Source: a virus. From it: DNA of 64,000 nt. The stretch lies in IMG/VR virus record IMGVR_UViG_3300030106_005509, positions 32,001 through 96,000 of that record; one strand, written 5' to 3'. Both the position numbers and the translations under genes were made by a program. The notes beneath the pieces are model-generated. The model did no database searches. It saw only the letters and a list, made by a program, of their open reading frames with translations, and was not told the DNA's origin. Positions 13,501 to 19,245 of this stretch are shown piece by piece. Each line of letters starts with the position of its first letter. The stretch's first letter is position 1.

Positions 13501-14801
13501 CTCTTAATCGTGACAGGAAAAGACTTTTCAACATAAGAGAGAGACTCCAAGACAGAAGAAGTTTAAGTGGTGAAGAATTACAAAGATTGGAGCAACTGGA
13601 GTCAACTTATGATAAACAAGTTAAGTACGCGAAAGGTTTACTTGAAGGAAAAATAGCACGCGGTGAACGTCTTACTTACACGCGTAAGGCAAAACAAGCT
13701 GCGGAAGCTGAAGAAATGATAACGATTTACCGTGGTCTTGGAGATGATGGTGGCGAGGCCCTTTCCAATTGGTGGACTACAGACTTAGAAAAGGCAATGA
13801 GTTTCACAGGGAGAGAATCTGGGTCTTTGGTTTCTGTCAAAATTCCAAAATCAGCTGTGAAAAAATTTGATGTTAAGAGTCTTAACGAAAGCCTTCAACT
13901 GCAAAAACAAATGGATGCTGGTGGAATTTCTCAAGATGCATTTGATGCTTTGGGGGTTTCTAAGTCTAGGTTGGAAGAGATTGAAAGAATCGCGATTGCT
14001 GCTAAGGGCCAGAAGGAGACAGATTTTGGTCTAGAAATGTTCTTCTCACAAGATTTTCTTAATCAGTTGAAAGGCTCGAAAATGAAGAGGCTTGACGTTG
14101 CTGATTTGGGTCTGGGTCCGACAGCGAAGAGGCCAAAAATGCCGAAAGGTGCGCAAGGATCTATGCCTTCCCCTGAACAGATGAAAGAGTTTACGAAGCT
14201 CAACCGTAAGGTCACTGCGGACCATTTTAAACGTAAAGAAACAATATTAGATGCGGCGAAAGATTTATTTAAGACTCAGGGATATGCTAAGGGTGGCATT
14301 GTATCTTACTTTAATTCTGGTGGACCGGCTATGGGAACAGATACGATTCCTGCAATGCTCACACCCGGAGAGTTTGTTGTAAGAAAAGCCGCTGTAGATT
14401 CTGTAGGTGTAGAAACACTTAGAGCTATAAATAATATGGGCAAAGGCTCAACAAGTTCTAAGCCTAAGAAAAGAGCTGGAGTTAACTACTTAGCTAATGG
14501 TGGTCAAGGTGAAGCCTCTGGGTTGAGAATGCCAACTCTAGATGTAAAAGACTTTAATACAGCTATAAGTAAATTTGATAGCTCTGTTGATAGACTTGAA
14601 AAAATATTCGGCAACGGCATACAAATGACGCACAATTTTGAGGACATGAATGTTATTGTAACAGTAAACGGAAACTTTGGTGATGATGACGGTGAATTAA
14701 GTAACGGAATGCAGAGAAGAATTAACAGAGAAGTTAGAAAGGGTATAAATGACTTTATAGACAGGTCATTCCCAGATATACCTAGAATGGACATAGCTTA
14801 A
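1560..14801 (+). CDS. giant tail tape measure protein (4413 aa) with repeated GG...LTPGEFV modules and embedded nuclease-like and ADP-ribosyltransferase-like domains
   Basis: N-terminal TP901-family TMP core (FEKEMVKVSQVTG...LAQTG...AGG); TM helices and a glycine zipper at about 3960-4530; long Ala/Gln-rich coiled coil; five copies of a module resembling the lambda gpH C-terminal FATGG...GEFV motif. Confidence 0.9.
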   Translation: MAKPFVLTTQLQIQIPNLNQVVSQLNKGLGNVNVPVNINIPKNANTQLTNLNKNVKNAGASARGAAKNFDSMRNSLRGALTYIAKYDAAREIFNLFAQTLRDGVSSAIAFEKEMVKVSQVTGQTMKQLRGLEREITRVSTGFGVSSGSLIKTSRVLAQTGMSARDARIALEALAKTTLAATFDDITSTTETAIAAMRQFGIASTDLEKTLGKINSLAANFAVEAGDIGVAIRRAGGAFKAAGGSLDELNALFTAVRSTTRETAETIATGFRTIFTRIQRPKTIQFLKQLGIELQNVEGQFVGPFEAVRKLNIALKSLDPKDVRYSQIIEQLGGFRQVSKVIPLIQQFGQAQKALNVSQQGGTSLARDAAKAQQSLAVQLTKVKEEYMALFREIFGGQGMQTVIKTTLKLASAFARVVDSLSPIIPLIATIGAAKLGQFALFGSLGRGRKQGGRINRFATGGMVPGKGNSDSVPAMLTPGEFVIRKSSVRTIGANRLQKMNRYGNGGTVERGQVQRVANRKASLKNKYDIGEGGIHDKYRAKLTIKTFDPNDKEVGRKAIEAEAKEAKAYGQKRYQALLKTSGDEKRSAIRAGALMRKRFGLSGFIGKRTSGQSKFFTSKTPRQSQGVTNNLVGGIHERNVSGWAKKNYKSARVGKLPDADGMDFRVGNSGVLIEAKSLKRKLNRDEIIAKGLLAKAVSKNYQDKVSQDVNLKELVYAEAPASLKKSGFTKRNRGGGISSTDTVPALLTPGEFVINRKSAAKIGYGNLNNANRFGKTPKGFAAGGIVGVQKFNNGGEARSPRLGLGVFVALQTILPQLAEAFKSADGEVTDLSMGLDAASQGLMTFATLSFATGDLLEGFGGKVKFAATGLLAVGAAAFAAYQYEKQRGMEREKRAVKNLEEGGFQSETRTAGLRRQFIDARRQQTEGAGGAAGRVAGAAGGAYAGMKAGALIGGLTPAGPVGALVGGILGAIGGGIAGYFGGGAIGEAIGKLNFDEAGAIREFNEKVKSLKLGVSIDGLTNSLKAFSEGRASIGAIASTVRSGIKSLQRGFFDVSTEEGLERFRGQLQKTLPALSEYINKAASSAKSMAEFDAIIGDEALNAFSQLSGQSIPELRRQIQENIAQRKKSAAAQKANIAAIQASNKVLYRARDAGTAFMELERRLVSFDNVMSGVEASINNTFSGLSIGKIAPNFDDITNIFDMSAFTAQVDSLSGVLGESGQSLGQDLKNFAALNSLLPNILTEAAGEIGIGGARASEIIESKLMAADPGGIIGAEFRRVIAQRVQAIAEMGEGGEGKFANRIRTDIEGVVRDLTKGMSETAEAFQKAAQFIDSANQRLAKAYNLRTQLELKQARQLYDIIGLQAENAERMSKARRQPVNADADLNTFNNQQNAILSGTAISGLGSSVTIVSNEFNRLKQRIKESDAALANLGIAADSSGDLLENNRALIDENAALKSQFEKTKQVLENYANVQARVAKVQEEIANAQARQDKAKAVAENIAFGTDQERLKIFRSFKAAEIVASRGLAALPQQFRGDARNMLSQFADAPIFGGKTGQQILDRETANLFKHFPPNIRKALMAEFADARTDEQKFLDRLDKIQQDAVKAQFAFLEGMRGDSKDLKETIAKLNATLANDLRTIFQQQENRALAREVSESKGTLANSKAQLEKLKEIRSAGIPVQDPAVLNAVRSNVAGIKALKDARQNLARFTGAQEFGINLRSQENRFTGFAAADSGRDNLKAIKVLGAQLRQQFGADVGNQLLQKAIDALAQFRVENPEATGAEIAKVIGDTISGAGLSGASSAQGIIDETMANLNAAGLGPYVDTLVNNVDMISTALAAFPSEASWSSLEESIIRTTTTINNANAAIAANSPAGAVKLASGGSIFSPHGTDTVPAMLTPGEFVVNRKAAQRNMGALSALNSGKTQYLAGGGKVGDYFGTQAVREDGKKVEDVWGSHNKAAEAIASWYKKQTSSSGAGSVFDSSRHYMAKKYADQDMAGIAKNILKSKDNGDGIPMKDPQYRAMGAGAERKSYSGKYANLPKAVKNYFQSGFLGVNGYSYGQMSGIEALDYFKYGTRMFMDGAGSGATGRNYGGQALGEYKTIGNLQKAAGKSRENQASKLYEKVVEWAEDKAFSRKTMKVGLYRFPLKKSKIEAYDDPDTNISVDGFTYPNIQPGDILENDPQLYDLFTGGSPGGRKLGVVSSGWVPVGDASEAGAGFTGGQFFPGNELEEVYKNLEGWIFNSGSQYSKFVKEYLTGNAGRTELAVVRQAFGEFDKIWGGLKPKNWKTPAGYNLANEPRANFSYIKGLVERRLSTTEKQLADSFPFNPMDIDTWGSAITSNTRPVAALQEHSQNRSDLYQKMKDFYAQFKFKNAQDPTLAFGKAFEIVQDDLKTGVKGYDANNFIRLANKNVAGQQDEKQRREEKLESVATAMKNVKGLPTGLGALSEHIAQSIKGFKAAGNFTKIPMYAKRSSASLRGVRDFWQAKDWGQGETKALYPWLSALATELSRWVSGGLVTGAGADKKGAFINLNDAEVFRQLARIQDARNQGKNIEEGVEVLKKNQLGEIIQSFEGPSLMGRIARIARNKPNAWYNVGFGDEFPYYGTFGFDSVSEAVGKLQEEVKRSFENTILIYNEQFKAGQRPFQAANKNPLLMATGGKVPQRLASGGGVFASRGTDTVPAMLTPGEFVVNKDAASKNKGALQAINSGQTQYLAGGGEVQAWKMRGFESTGGVGNKILARNWRDTAAKYYPDKELPMLSTPASIKYSGPDRNRAAMSMGHLMRLEEIAGWDILKFREYRDKILNLKLADLGVDPYEIYPKAQSGSIDHEYEGQSQKRDLPVISKTGEVRHVNALRGQAGQKLFGHLTSDPVAYLANFKRDDFYEYGATGGYTVRDANRYSSFDLRDKANPGGKYRLVGPPKGKLPSIGNIFQGMRAKDQKASGDAAALADKELIAMQQLVAARGSFYGGDRFGDIETKAFAYMNRDMDGGEFVDVLSEKALSSILAKSDISPENKEILGRKWANVHTRFKRQTKHVIRGTGMVDPENPALTKYGGGASSFESKLTQSYAKLRQLAQENSVSEAHRVKLTYGGMTPERMRGGLEGDEKAIIPLNDPNILDIIESQAGSHWRNNSLLHMTQLKNDLEKRVAGGSLGPEDLSGAQARLKQYEESMIWARYLETIRMQPGQYGKYILRDIEQLSETRAGGLDKQTFNQMQVQKERQARGRSLELTAKHSGLSGLVDYLGYAFSPFEQFEDQMLKSKVAEMRDQGYSESQIASFVGEVKKHNSIATAMTESVAANPVTKALGKVGISMEQVLGSGLQALKGFYHLSAGEERAAAIEFGAAAVSFDEGLNALEALPDWNKQHVSKVEERWKAELGLSDKEVGNRSRALMMADIASMFVVPPGLLAKAVTAPIKLGRKLTPTVVRAAIATQRTAKKTLFGAGETGAALSRGGKSGAGLPKYIGDDFATAGKLTPNQIAKAEVVTDLRGPVRPKSGVQHSANNPIRQNAIANYNRANPESMVSKFDELPAWAKRDAVNAETAARKLGEMRDSLGTFFKKMTDTDKSVVKGGVTADALSVNKRTGVATPYKKTPFQDADAMSGVVSKADADAAITKTLKDAETTGMIDDISAGIDADRAIVRKTIDDAIVRPKISQQEIVRANMEQTRIPRHGGIVEGPAGPVALDPSQAGSRFATTKADVISVGGVGDDVTRGATKTTGPHSRFDAHLQSQKKLADIRSQLKDPNLTPERMAALKRLESRYSGSIQARSTKATDISGPTGLQGTGLSTRRNVIDRAVAREKVVNNIVESATDNTIPRATQTKFTPASTAADPATTAKTKTFAGKMNEKGRGSIRKEDLDTVEMRTKTSPDDAYIDQAAMQQQAINIQKQLQQFEATQVASTPTTAGGRSAKRAANQQASDNAAALAAKRKELYEAAGFGSEKEYRKALEKAQANSMFDTSKGNVDVRTADVQASDEAIALNRDRKRLFNIRERLQDRRSLSGEELQRLEQLESTYDKQVKYAKGLLEGKIARGERLTYTRKAKQAAEAEEMITIYRGLGDDGGEALSNWWTTDLEKAMSFTGRESGSLVSVKIPKSAVKKFDVKSLNESLQLQKQMDAGGISQDAFDALGVSKSRLEEIERIAIAAKGQKETDFGLEMFFSQDFLNQLKGSKMKRLDVADLGLGPTAKRPKMPKGAQGSMPSPEQMKEFTKLNRKVTADHFKRKETILDAAKDLFKTQGYAKGGIVSYFNSGGPAMGTDTIPAMLTPGEFVVRKAAVDSVGVETLRAINNMGKGSTSSKPKKRAGVNYLANGGQGEASGLRMPTLDVKDFNTAISKFDSSVDRLEKIFGNGIQMTHNFEDMNVIVTVNGNFGDDDGELSNGMQRRINREVRKGINDFIDRSFPDIPRMDIA
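2901..3077 (+). repeat. TMP spacer module, copy 1
   Basis: RKQGG-RINR-FATGG-MVPGKGNSDSVPAMLTPGEFVIRK...RYGNGG. Confidence 0.9.
3750..3944 (+). repeat. TMP spacer module, copy 2
   Basis: RNRGGG-ISSTDTVPALLTPGEFVINRK...FAAGG...FNNGG. Confidence 0.9.
7188..7349 (+). repeat. TMP spacer module, copy 3
   Basis: LASGG-SIFSPHGTDTVPAMLTPGEFVVNRK...LNSGKTQYLAGGG. Confidence 0.9.
9519..9710 (+). repeat. TMP spacer module, copy 4
   Basis: MATGG...LASGG-GVFASRGTDTVPAMLTPGEFVVNKD...INSGQTQYLAGGG. Confidence 0.9.
14283..14504 (+). repeat. TMP spacer module, copy 5
   Basis: YAKGG...FNSGG-PAMGTDTIPAMLTPGEFVVRK...YLANGG. Confidence 0.9.
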
Positions 14802-14812
14802 AGGAATAACCA

Positions 14813-17290
14813 ATGGCTGATTCTTCAAAAGATCTCGGCTTAGTCATGTTTGGAAGCGTTGCTCGCATGACGGAGAGGGAGATATTTCCAAGCGGTGTCA
14901 ATAGGGAATTTGGATACTGGCGAGGAAGTGAAAACAAAAAGATCGTAAATAAGTTTAATAAGCTTTATATGCCTCTTGAGGGTAGCGGTCTGTATTCTGG
15001 TTCTCCTGTTGTAAAAGCTAAAAAAGATACTGCAAGCAATGCTAGTGGATTAAGTTGTGACCCAGAAGGTTGCGCTTGGATGTTTGATGGTTCTGATTGG
15101 TCTTTATATGAAGACCTATGTGGGTTAAGACCTACAGCATACGATGCTACTTGTGGATGCACAGAACCTCCTGAAGGCGGTGGTTTTATGGGCGACATAA
15201 AATCGACTGCATGTGTTGGCGGTGTTGGTGGAGGTGGAGGTTCAACCGCTGATGGAGACTCTGCTGGTGACGGATTTGCTGTATGGCAAAGAGCCGGAGA
15301 CCTCGTAGATATAATTGGTCAAGAGGCTATACAAGAAAGATGTCTATTCCTTTCCCAACGAGCTAATGTAAATCTTGGAAGCGGCGTTAGTCTAGCAAAC
15401 GCAAAAGGGTTTACTGTCTATTCAAAAATACTACCTAGTGGTGATATCAGTGATACAATCATCCTAGCTCAACACAAAGAAAACCCAGCAAAATTCGTTC
15501 TTGGTTGTGACTTTGATGGTAGGTTCTATATTCGTGCCGATGGAAATATAGAAGGTGCAAACACTGCTTTTACTGCTAAGTCAGCAAAGAGTTATCAAGA
15601 ATACAAATATCCTGCGCATGTAGTTGGTGTTTTTGCTTCTGGAGACTCAAAACTAAAGATATATGTAAATGGTATTAATGAGGGCGAGTCTCAGGTATTT
15701 AAAAGAGATCTAAGCGGTGCTGACAATACAGACATTATTTTAGGTAAAAGAGGTTTTGCTATATCTGAACGTGGTTACACGGGATGGGTAGATGAAGTAG
15801 GTATTAGTAGCAAGAGCTTTAGTGACGAAGAAGTTAGTCAGTTTTATAATAGCACTTTTGGCGTTACAGATATTATTAAAAGTTACTCTCCTCCTACAGG
15901 AGCTGCTTTTGACGCTGGATTATTTGCTGCTGACTTTGATGCTAAAGATAAAGACTTCATAGAATTTACCGTAGCTTCTGGTAATAGCGAAGGCGCTCTT
16001 GGTGGAGCTTTTGACCCAAATCTTTGGGGTAATTCTAATTACGCTGTATCTTCTGTGTTAAGTATTAGGATTGAAGAAGCGCCGCCAAACTTCCATCAGT
16101 TAGATACCGTAGCTGTTGATGTGTGGGTTGAAAATGCCACAAACCATCCAAGCGGAGCAAAATTCACAGCAGCGCTAGTGCATAAAGATGCAGAAAAACC
16201 TATCAATACAAGCAGGAGTCTCAATTGGTACGCTAGTGGCGTAATGATTCCTTCTGGAGATAGACAAAAAATAACTTTTGAAGCGCCACTAAATGGGTCG
16301 GATACTTTCTTCCCAGACGGCGCTATCCCTTTCAAAGATGATTTTGGAAAACATAATTTAGACCTTACAGTATTCTATCCAGAGTACGACCATCCATACG
16401 ATGCTGAATTCAAAATATATTCTACCAAAATAAGATATACGTCGTTTGACAGGTATCTTGGATTCAACAACATTGACGGATCTATATTAAATGGAGCGTC
16501 TTTAGGATTAAATAACGGTCAAGACCAACCCCTGTTTGTGGATGGGGGTTTGAAGGCTAAGGCTTCTGGTGATTTGAGACTTACTGTGTTTGCAGACAAA
16601 GCAGCACAGAGTATGCCTTTGGTTTTAAACCAAGATGCTAAAACTAGCATGGGCGATACGGGTCATGGGTATCTAACTGCAAATGGCGCGGTCTTGATAA
16701 ACCAGAATATGAACCTTAGTCTTCTTGGCGCTATTGAAAGAATGACTAAGACGTTGTTTATTGGTGGTAAAGTATTCACCGTAAACAACAACTTAAATTT
16801 GGAAACTAAGGGTGGTGTTAATATATATCCATATATACAAAAAACACTTCCCATCTTAATTGCTACAGAGCCGGGTTCTGGAATTTTTGAAGCTAGCATG
16901 AATCTAGCTCTCCCCAAAGTCAATCCGGCTAAGTTAAATGTTGACTTCCCTCAGTTTATTGAGGGTGAGCGACCAGTTGCAACAATGCCTCTGTATGTAA
17001 AAACAGCAGAGAGTGGAGTTACAACATTCCCGATATCATTATTAGGACCTTCTGTATATAAGAAGAATGAATCTATGAATCTTTATATGCAACCTGATAG
17101 TCCACAATTTTTAGCCAGAGGAAAGAGGCTTTCTGGGTCTCCCACAGTTAAGCAAAATAGTAATTTTGATTTAGTAACAGTAGGTAAAGCTACTTCAAGT
17201 GGAACTATGGATTTAGTGATAACATCCGTAAAGGCTAGTGGTAATTGGAATACAACTTTATACAGTCAAGGTTTTAGAACTACAGATTAG
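14813..17290 (+). CDS. LamG/concanavalin A-like domain virion protein (tail fibre or adhesin-like)
   Basis: LamG signature HVVGVF...LKIYVNG...IILGK...YTGWVDEVGISSKSFSDEEVSQFY; AAGGA RBS; C-terminal short beta-strand repeats. Confidence 0.75.
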   Translation: MADSSKDLGLVMFGSVARMTEREIFPSGVNREFGYWRGSENKKIVNKFNKLYMPLEGSGLYSGSPVVKAKKDTASNASGLSCDPEGCAWMFDGSDWSLYEDLCGLRPTAYDATCGCTEPPEGGGFMGDIKSTACVGGVGGGGGSTADGDSAGDGFAVWQRAGDLVDIIGQEAIQERCLFLSQRANVNLGSGVSLANAKGFTVYSKILPSGDISDTIILAQHKENPAKFVLGCDFDGRFYIRADGNIEGANTAFTAKSAKSYQEYKYPAHVVGVFASGDSKLKIYVNGINEGESQVFKRDLSGADNTDIILGKRGFAISERGYTGWVDEVGISSKSFSDEEVSQFYNSTFGVTDIIKSYSPPTGAAFDAGLFAADFDAKDKDFIEFTVASGNSEGALGGAFDPNLWGNSNYAVSSVLSIRIEEAPPNFHQLDTVAVDVWVENATNHPSGAKFTAALVHKDAEKPINTSRSLNWYASGVMIPSGDRQKITFEAPLNGSDTFFPDGAIPFKDDFGKHNLDLTVFYPEYDHPYDAEFKIYSTKIRYTSFDRYLGFNNIDGSILNGASLGLNNGQDQPLFVDGGLKAKASGDLRLTVFADKAAQSMPLVLNQDAKTSMGDTGHGYLTANGAVLINQNMNLSLLGAIERMTKTLFIGGKVFTVNNNLNLETKGGVNIYPYIQKTLPILIATEPGSGIFEASMNLALPKVNPAKLNVDFPQFIEGERPVATMPLYVKTAESGVTTFPISLLGPSVYKKNESMNLYMQPDSPQFLARGKRLSGSPTVKQNSNFDLVTVGKATSSGTMDLVITSVKASGNWNTTLYSQGFRTTD

Positions 17291-17298
17291 GTGACAAT

Positions 17299-19236
17299 AT
17301 GCCAGTTTATTTTAGAGGTGACGATCCAGACCAAGATTGTTATTTGACACCAGCTCCTTTTGTAAGTATAGACAAAAATTACGAAAGAGCTGGCGATGGT
17401 CAAATACTTGGAGTTAGATATGTAATAACTTTAGAAGGCAGTATGGTTGCTGATAGAGGATCTCCGTCTACTCATGAAGACGCAACTAATGGATGGTTGA
17501 CAGACAGTGCGGACAAGATCATTAACGATCATGTACATGCCCACTCTTATACTGACATTATGAAAAAGCAGCAGCTTATGAGAAAGCTGTTTTCTAAACG
17601 TAATGAAGGTGGAATTTTATATATATCCGCTCCGTTTACCGGAGGCGCAACAATAAGTTGTCATGTAGAAATAATTGGTGTTAGTTTTCCGCAGCAGCCA
17701 CCGGGACAAGTTCTTGTTCAACCATACAGTATAACATTTGAAACCTCTGCTCTTAGCGGTGCTGGTATAACTGACCCAGACGACATGAGTATCAAACATC
17801 AGCTTGTGTCTGCTGCTTCTGAGAATTGGGATATACAGGAAGATACTGGCAGGAATTTTATAAACCATAAAGATGACGGAGGGTTCAAAAACACATATGG
17901 AACTTACACCGTGACCCATACTATTAGCGCTACCGGCAGAAGAAAATTTAGCAGTGATAATAGAGGAATGCAACCAGAAGCGTTTGGTAGAGACGCTGGA
18001 CGTAGTTCGGAAGACGGATTTTTTAACAGGTTAGATACTGATGGTCAAGCTTGGGAACAGGCTAGAGATTTTTGCCGTAGAAAGTTGATGCATGGTGTTC
18101 ATATTCACAATCCTTCCAGTAGTGATGGAATAGACCTTACAAAATATGGGGCAAATATACCGTGGGAGTTAGATGATGAACACGACCTTACGGGAGCCAC
18201 GATAGATGGTTACTATGCCTTTAACTACACAAAGACGGAATCCATTGGAGAGATGGATGGGACTTTTAGTGTAACCGAGACGTTTGATTTACTTCCACAA
18301 AACACCATAGCTATAGAGACTATGGAGGTACAAAAAGGTAGAGATGCAGGACATGGTAAGTCAACGGTAACAATAACCGGAACTATTGAAGGTGTGAACC
18401 TAGCACCTGTAATAGACGGAAAAATAAAAACAGCAAACTCTACTCATAATTTAGAATCAGCAAAAGCTAATAATAATGGATTTGATAAATTTACCAACGC
18501 AAAGACTAGGCTAGGCCAGATAAAACCAATACTTTACCTTCATGCTAGAGAGTTTACTGGCGATACAGGAATATTGCCAACACCAGTTTCAAGCAACATA
18601 TCAAGAAATCCATCAGCTGGAATTATAAATTACAGTTATACCTTTGAGAATAGAAAATATTATATACCATTTTGCCGGGCAGAAACCGTTACATTAAATG
18701 ACACTTATCCGGGACATATAATTGCTCAACATCAAGTCATAGGACGAAAGACTGGACCTGTACTGCAAGATATAGGCACTCAAGGGCCTTGGAAAAGAAA
18801 CATGTCTATAACTTGCGTTGTCGATGTTGATAGTCAAAAATTTTGCGTAGACTCTGGCGGCGATAGAACTTTGCATGAAAATAAAACAGACTGTGAGGCA
18901 ATATCAGGAAACACTTGGGCTACAAATCCAAACTACATAGCAACTGATTATAGTGATGCAAATACTAAAAAACCAAGCATGGTTGATACGGCGGTAGTAG
19001 GCACGTTAAGTCAAAGAACCGCTATAAGAAATGTAGTAAATACATTTAAACCTGACAGTGCTTCTGCAAGAGCTATTTTTGCAGACACAGCACCTACAGA
19101 AACTTGGGACCCTCAAAGTGGATCTTGGAGTTATAGTATTGGATGGACTTATGAGTTAGCAGAAAGTTACATCTGCAATGAAGATGTAGATAATATAACT
19201 GGTGGTGACAACAATTATCCGGGAACACCTAAGTAG
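17299..19236 (+). CDS. putative tail structural protein (distal tail or hub-like)
   Basis: 645 aa, beta-strand-rich (ITLEG, YTVTHTISATG, VTITGTIEG, YSYTF), located downstream of the TMP. Confidence 0.55.
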   Translation: MPVYFRGDDPDQDCYLTPAPFVSIDKNYERAGDGQILGVRYVITLEGSMVADRGSPSTHEDATNGWLTDSADKIINDHVHAHSYTDIMKKQQLMRKLFSKRNEGGILYISAPFTGGATISCHVEIIGVSFPQQPPGQVLVQPYSITFETSALSGAGITDPDDMSIKHQLVSAASENWDIQEDTGRNFINHKDDGGFKNTYGTYTVTHTISATGRRKFSSDNRGMQPEAFGRDAGRSSEDGFFNRLDTDGQAWEQARDFCRRKLMHGVHIHNPSSSDGIDLTKYGANIPWELDDEHDLTGATIDGYYAFNYTKTESIGEMDGTFSVTETFDLLPQNTIAIETMEVQKGRDAGHGKSTVTITGTIEGVNLAPVIDGKIKTANSTHNLESAKANNNGFDKFTNAKTRLGQIKPILYLHAREFTGDTGILPTPVSSNISRNPSAGIINYSYTFENRKYYIPFCRAETVTLNDTYPGHIIAQHQVIGRKTGPVLQDIGTQGPWKRNMSITCVVDVDSQKFCVDSGGDRTLHENKTDCEAISGNTWATNPNYIATDYSDANTKKPSMVDTAVVGTLSQRTAIRNVVNTFKPDSASARAIFADTAPTETWDPQSGSWSYSIGWTYELAESYICNEDVDNITGGDNNYPGTPK

Positions 19237-19245
19237 GGGTAAACA

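Noticed and set aside
2901-14504. TMP modules as inteins, DGR template/variable repeats or assembly duplications
   Set aside because: There are no intein C/S...HN termini, no adenine-specific mismatch pattern and no reverse transcriptase; the copies are diverged at synonymous sites.
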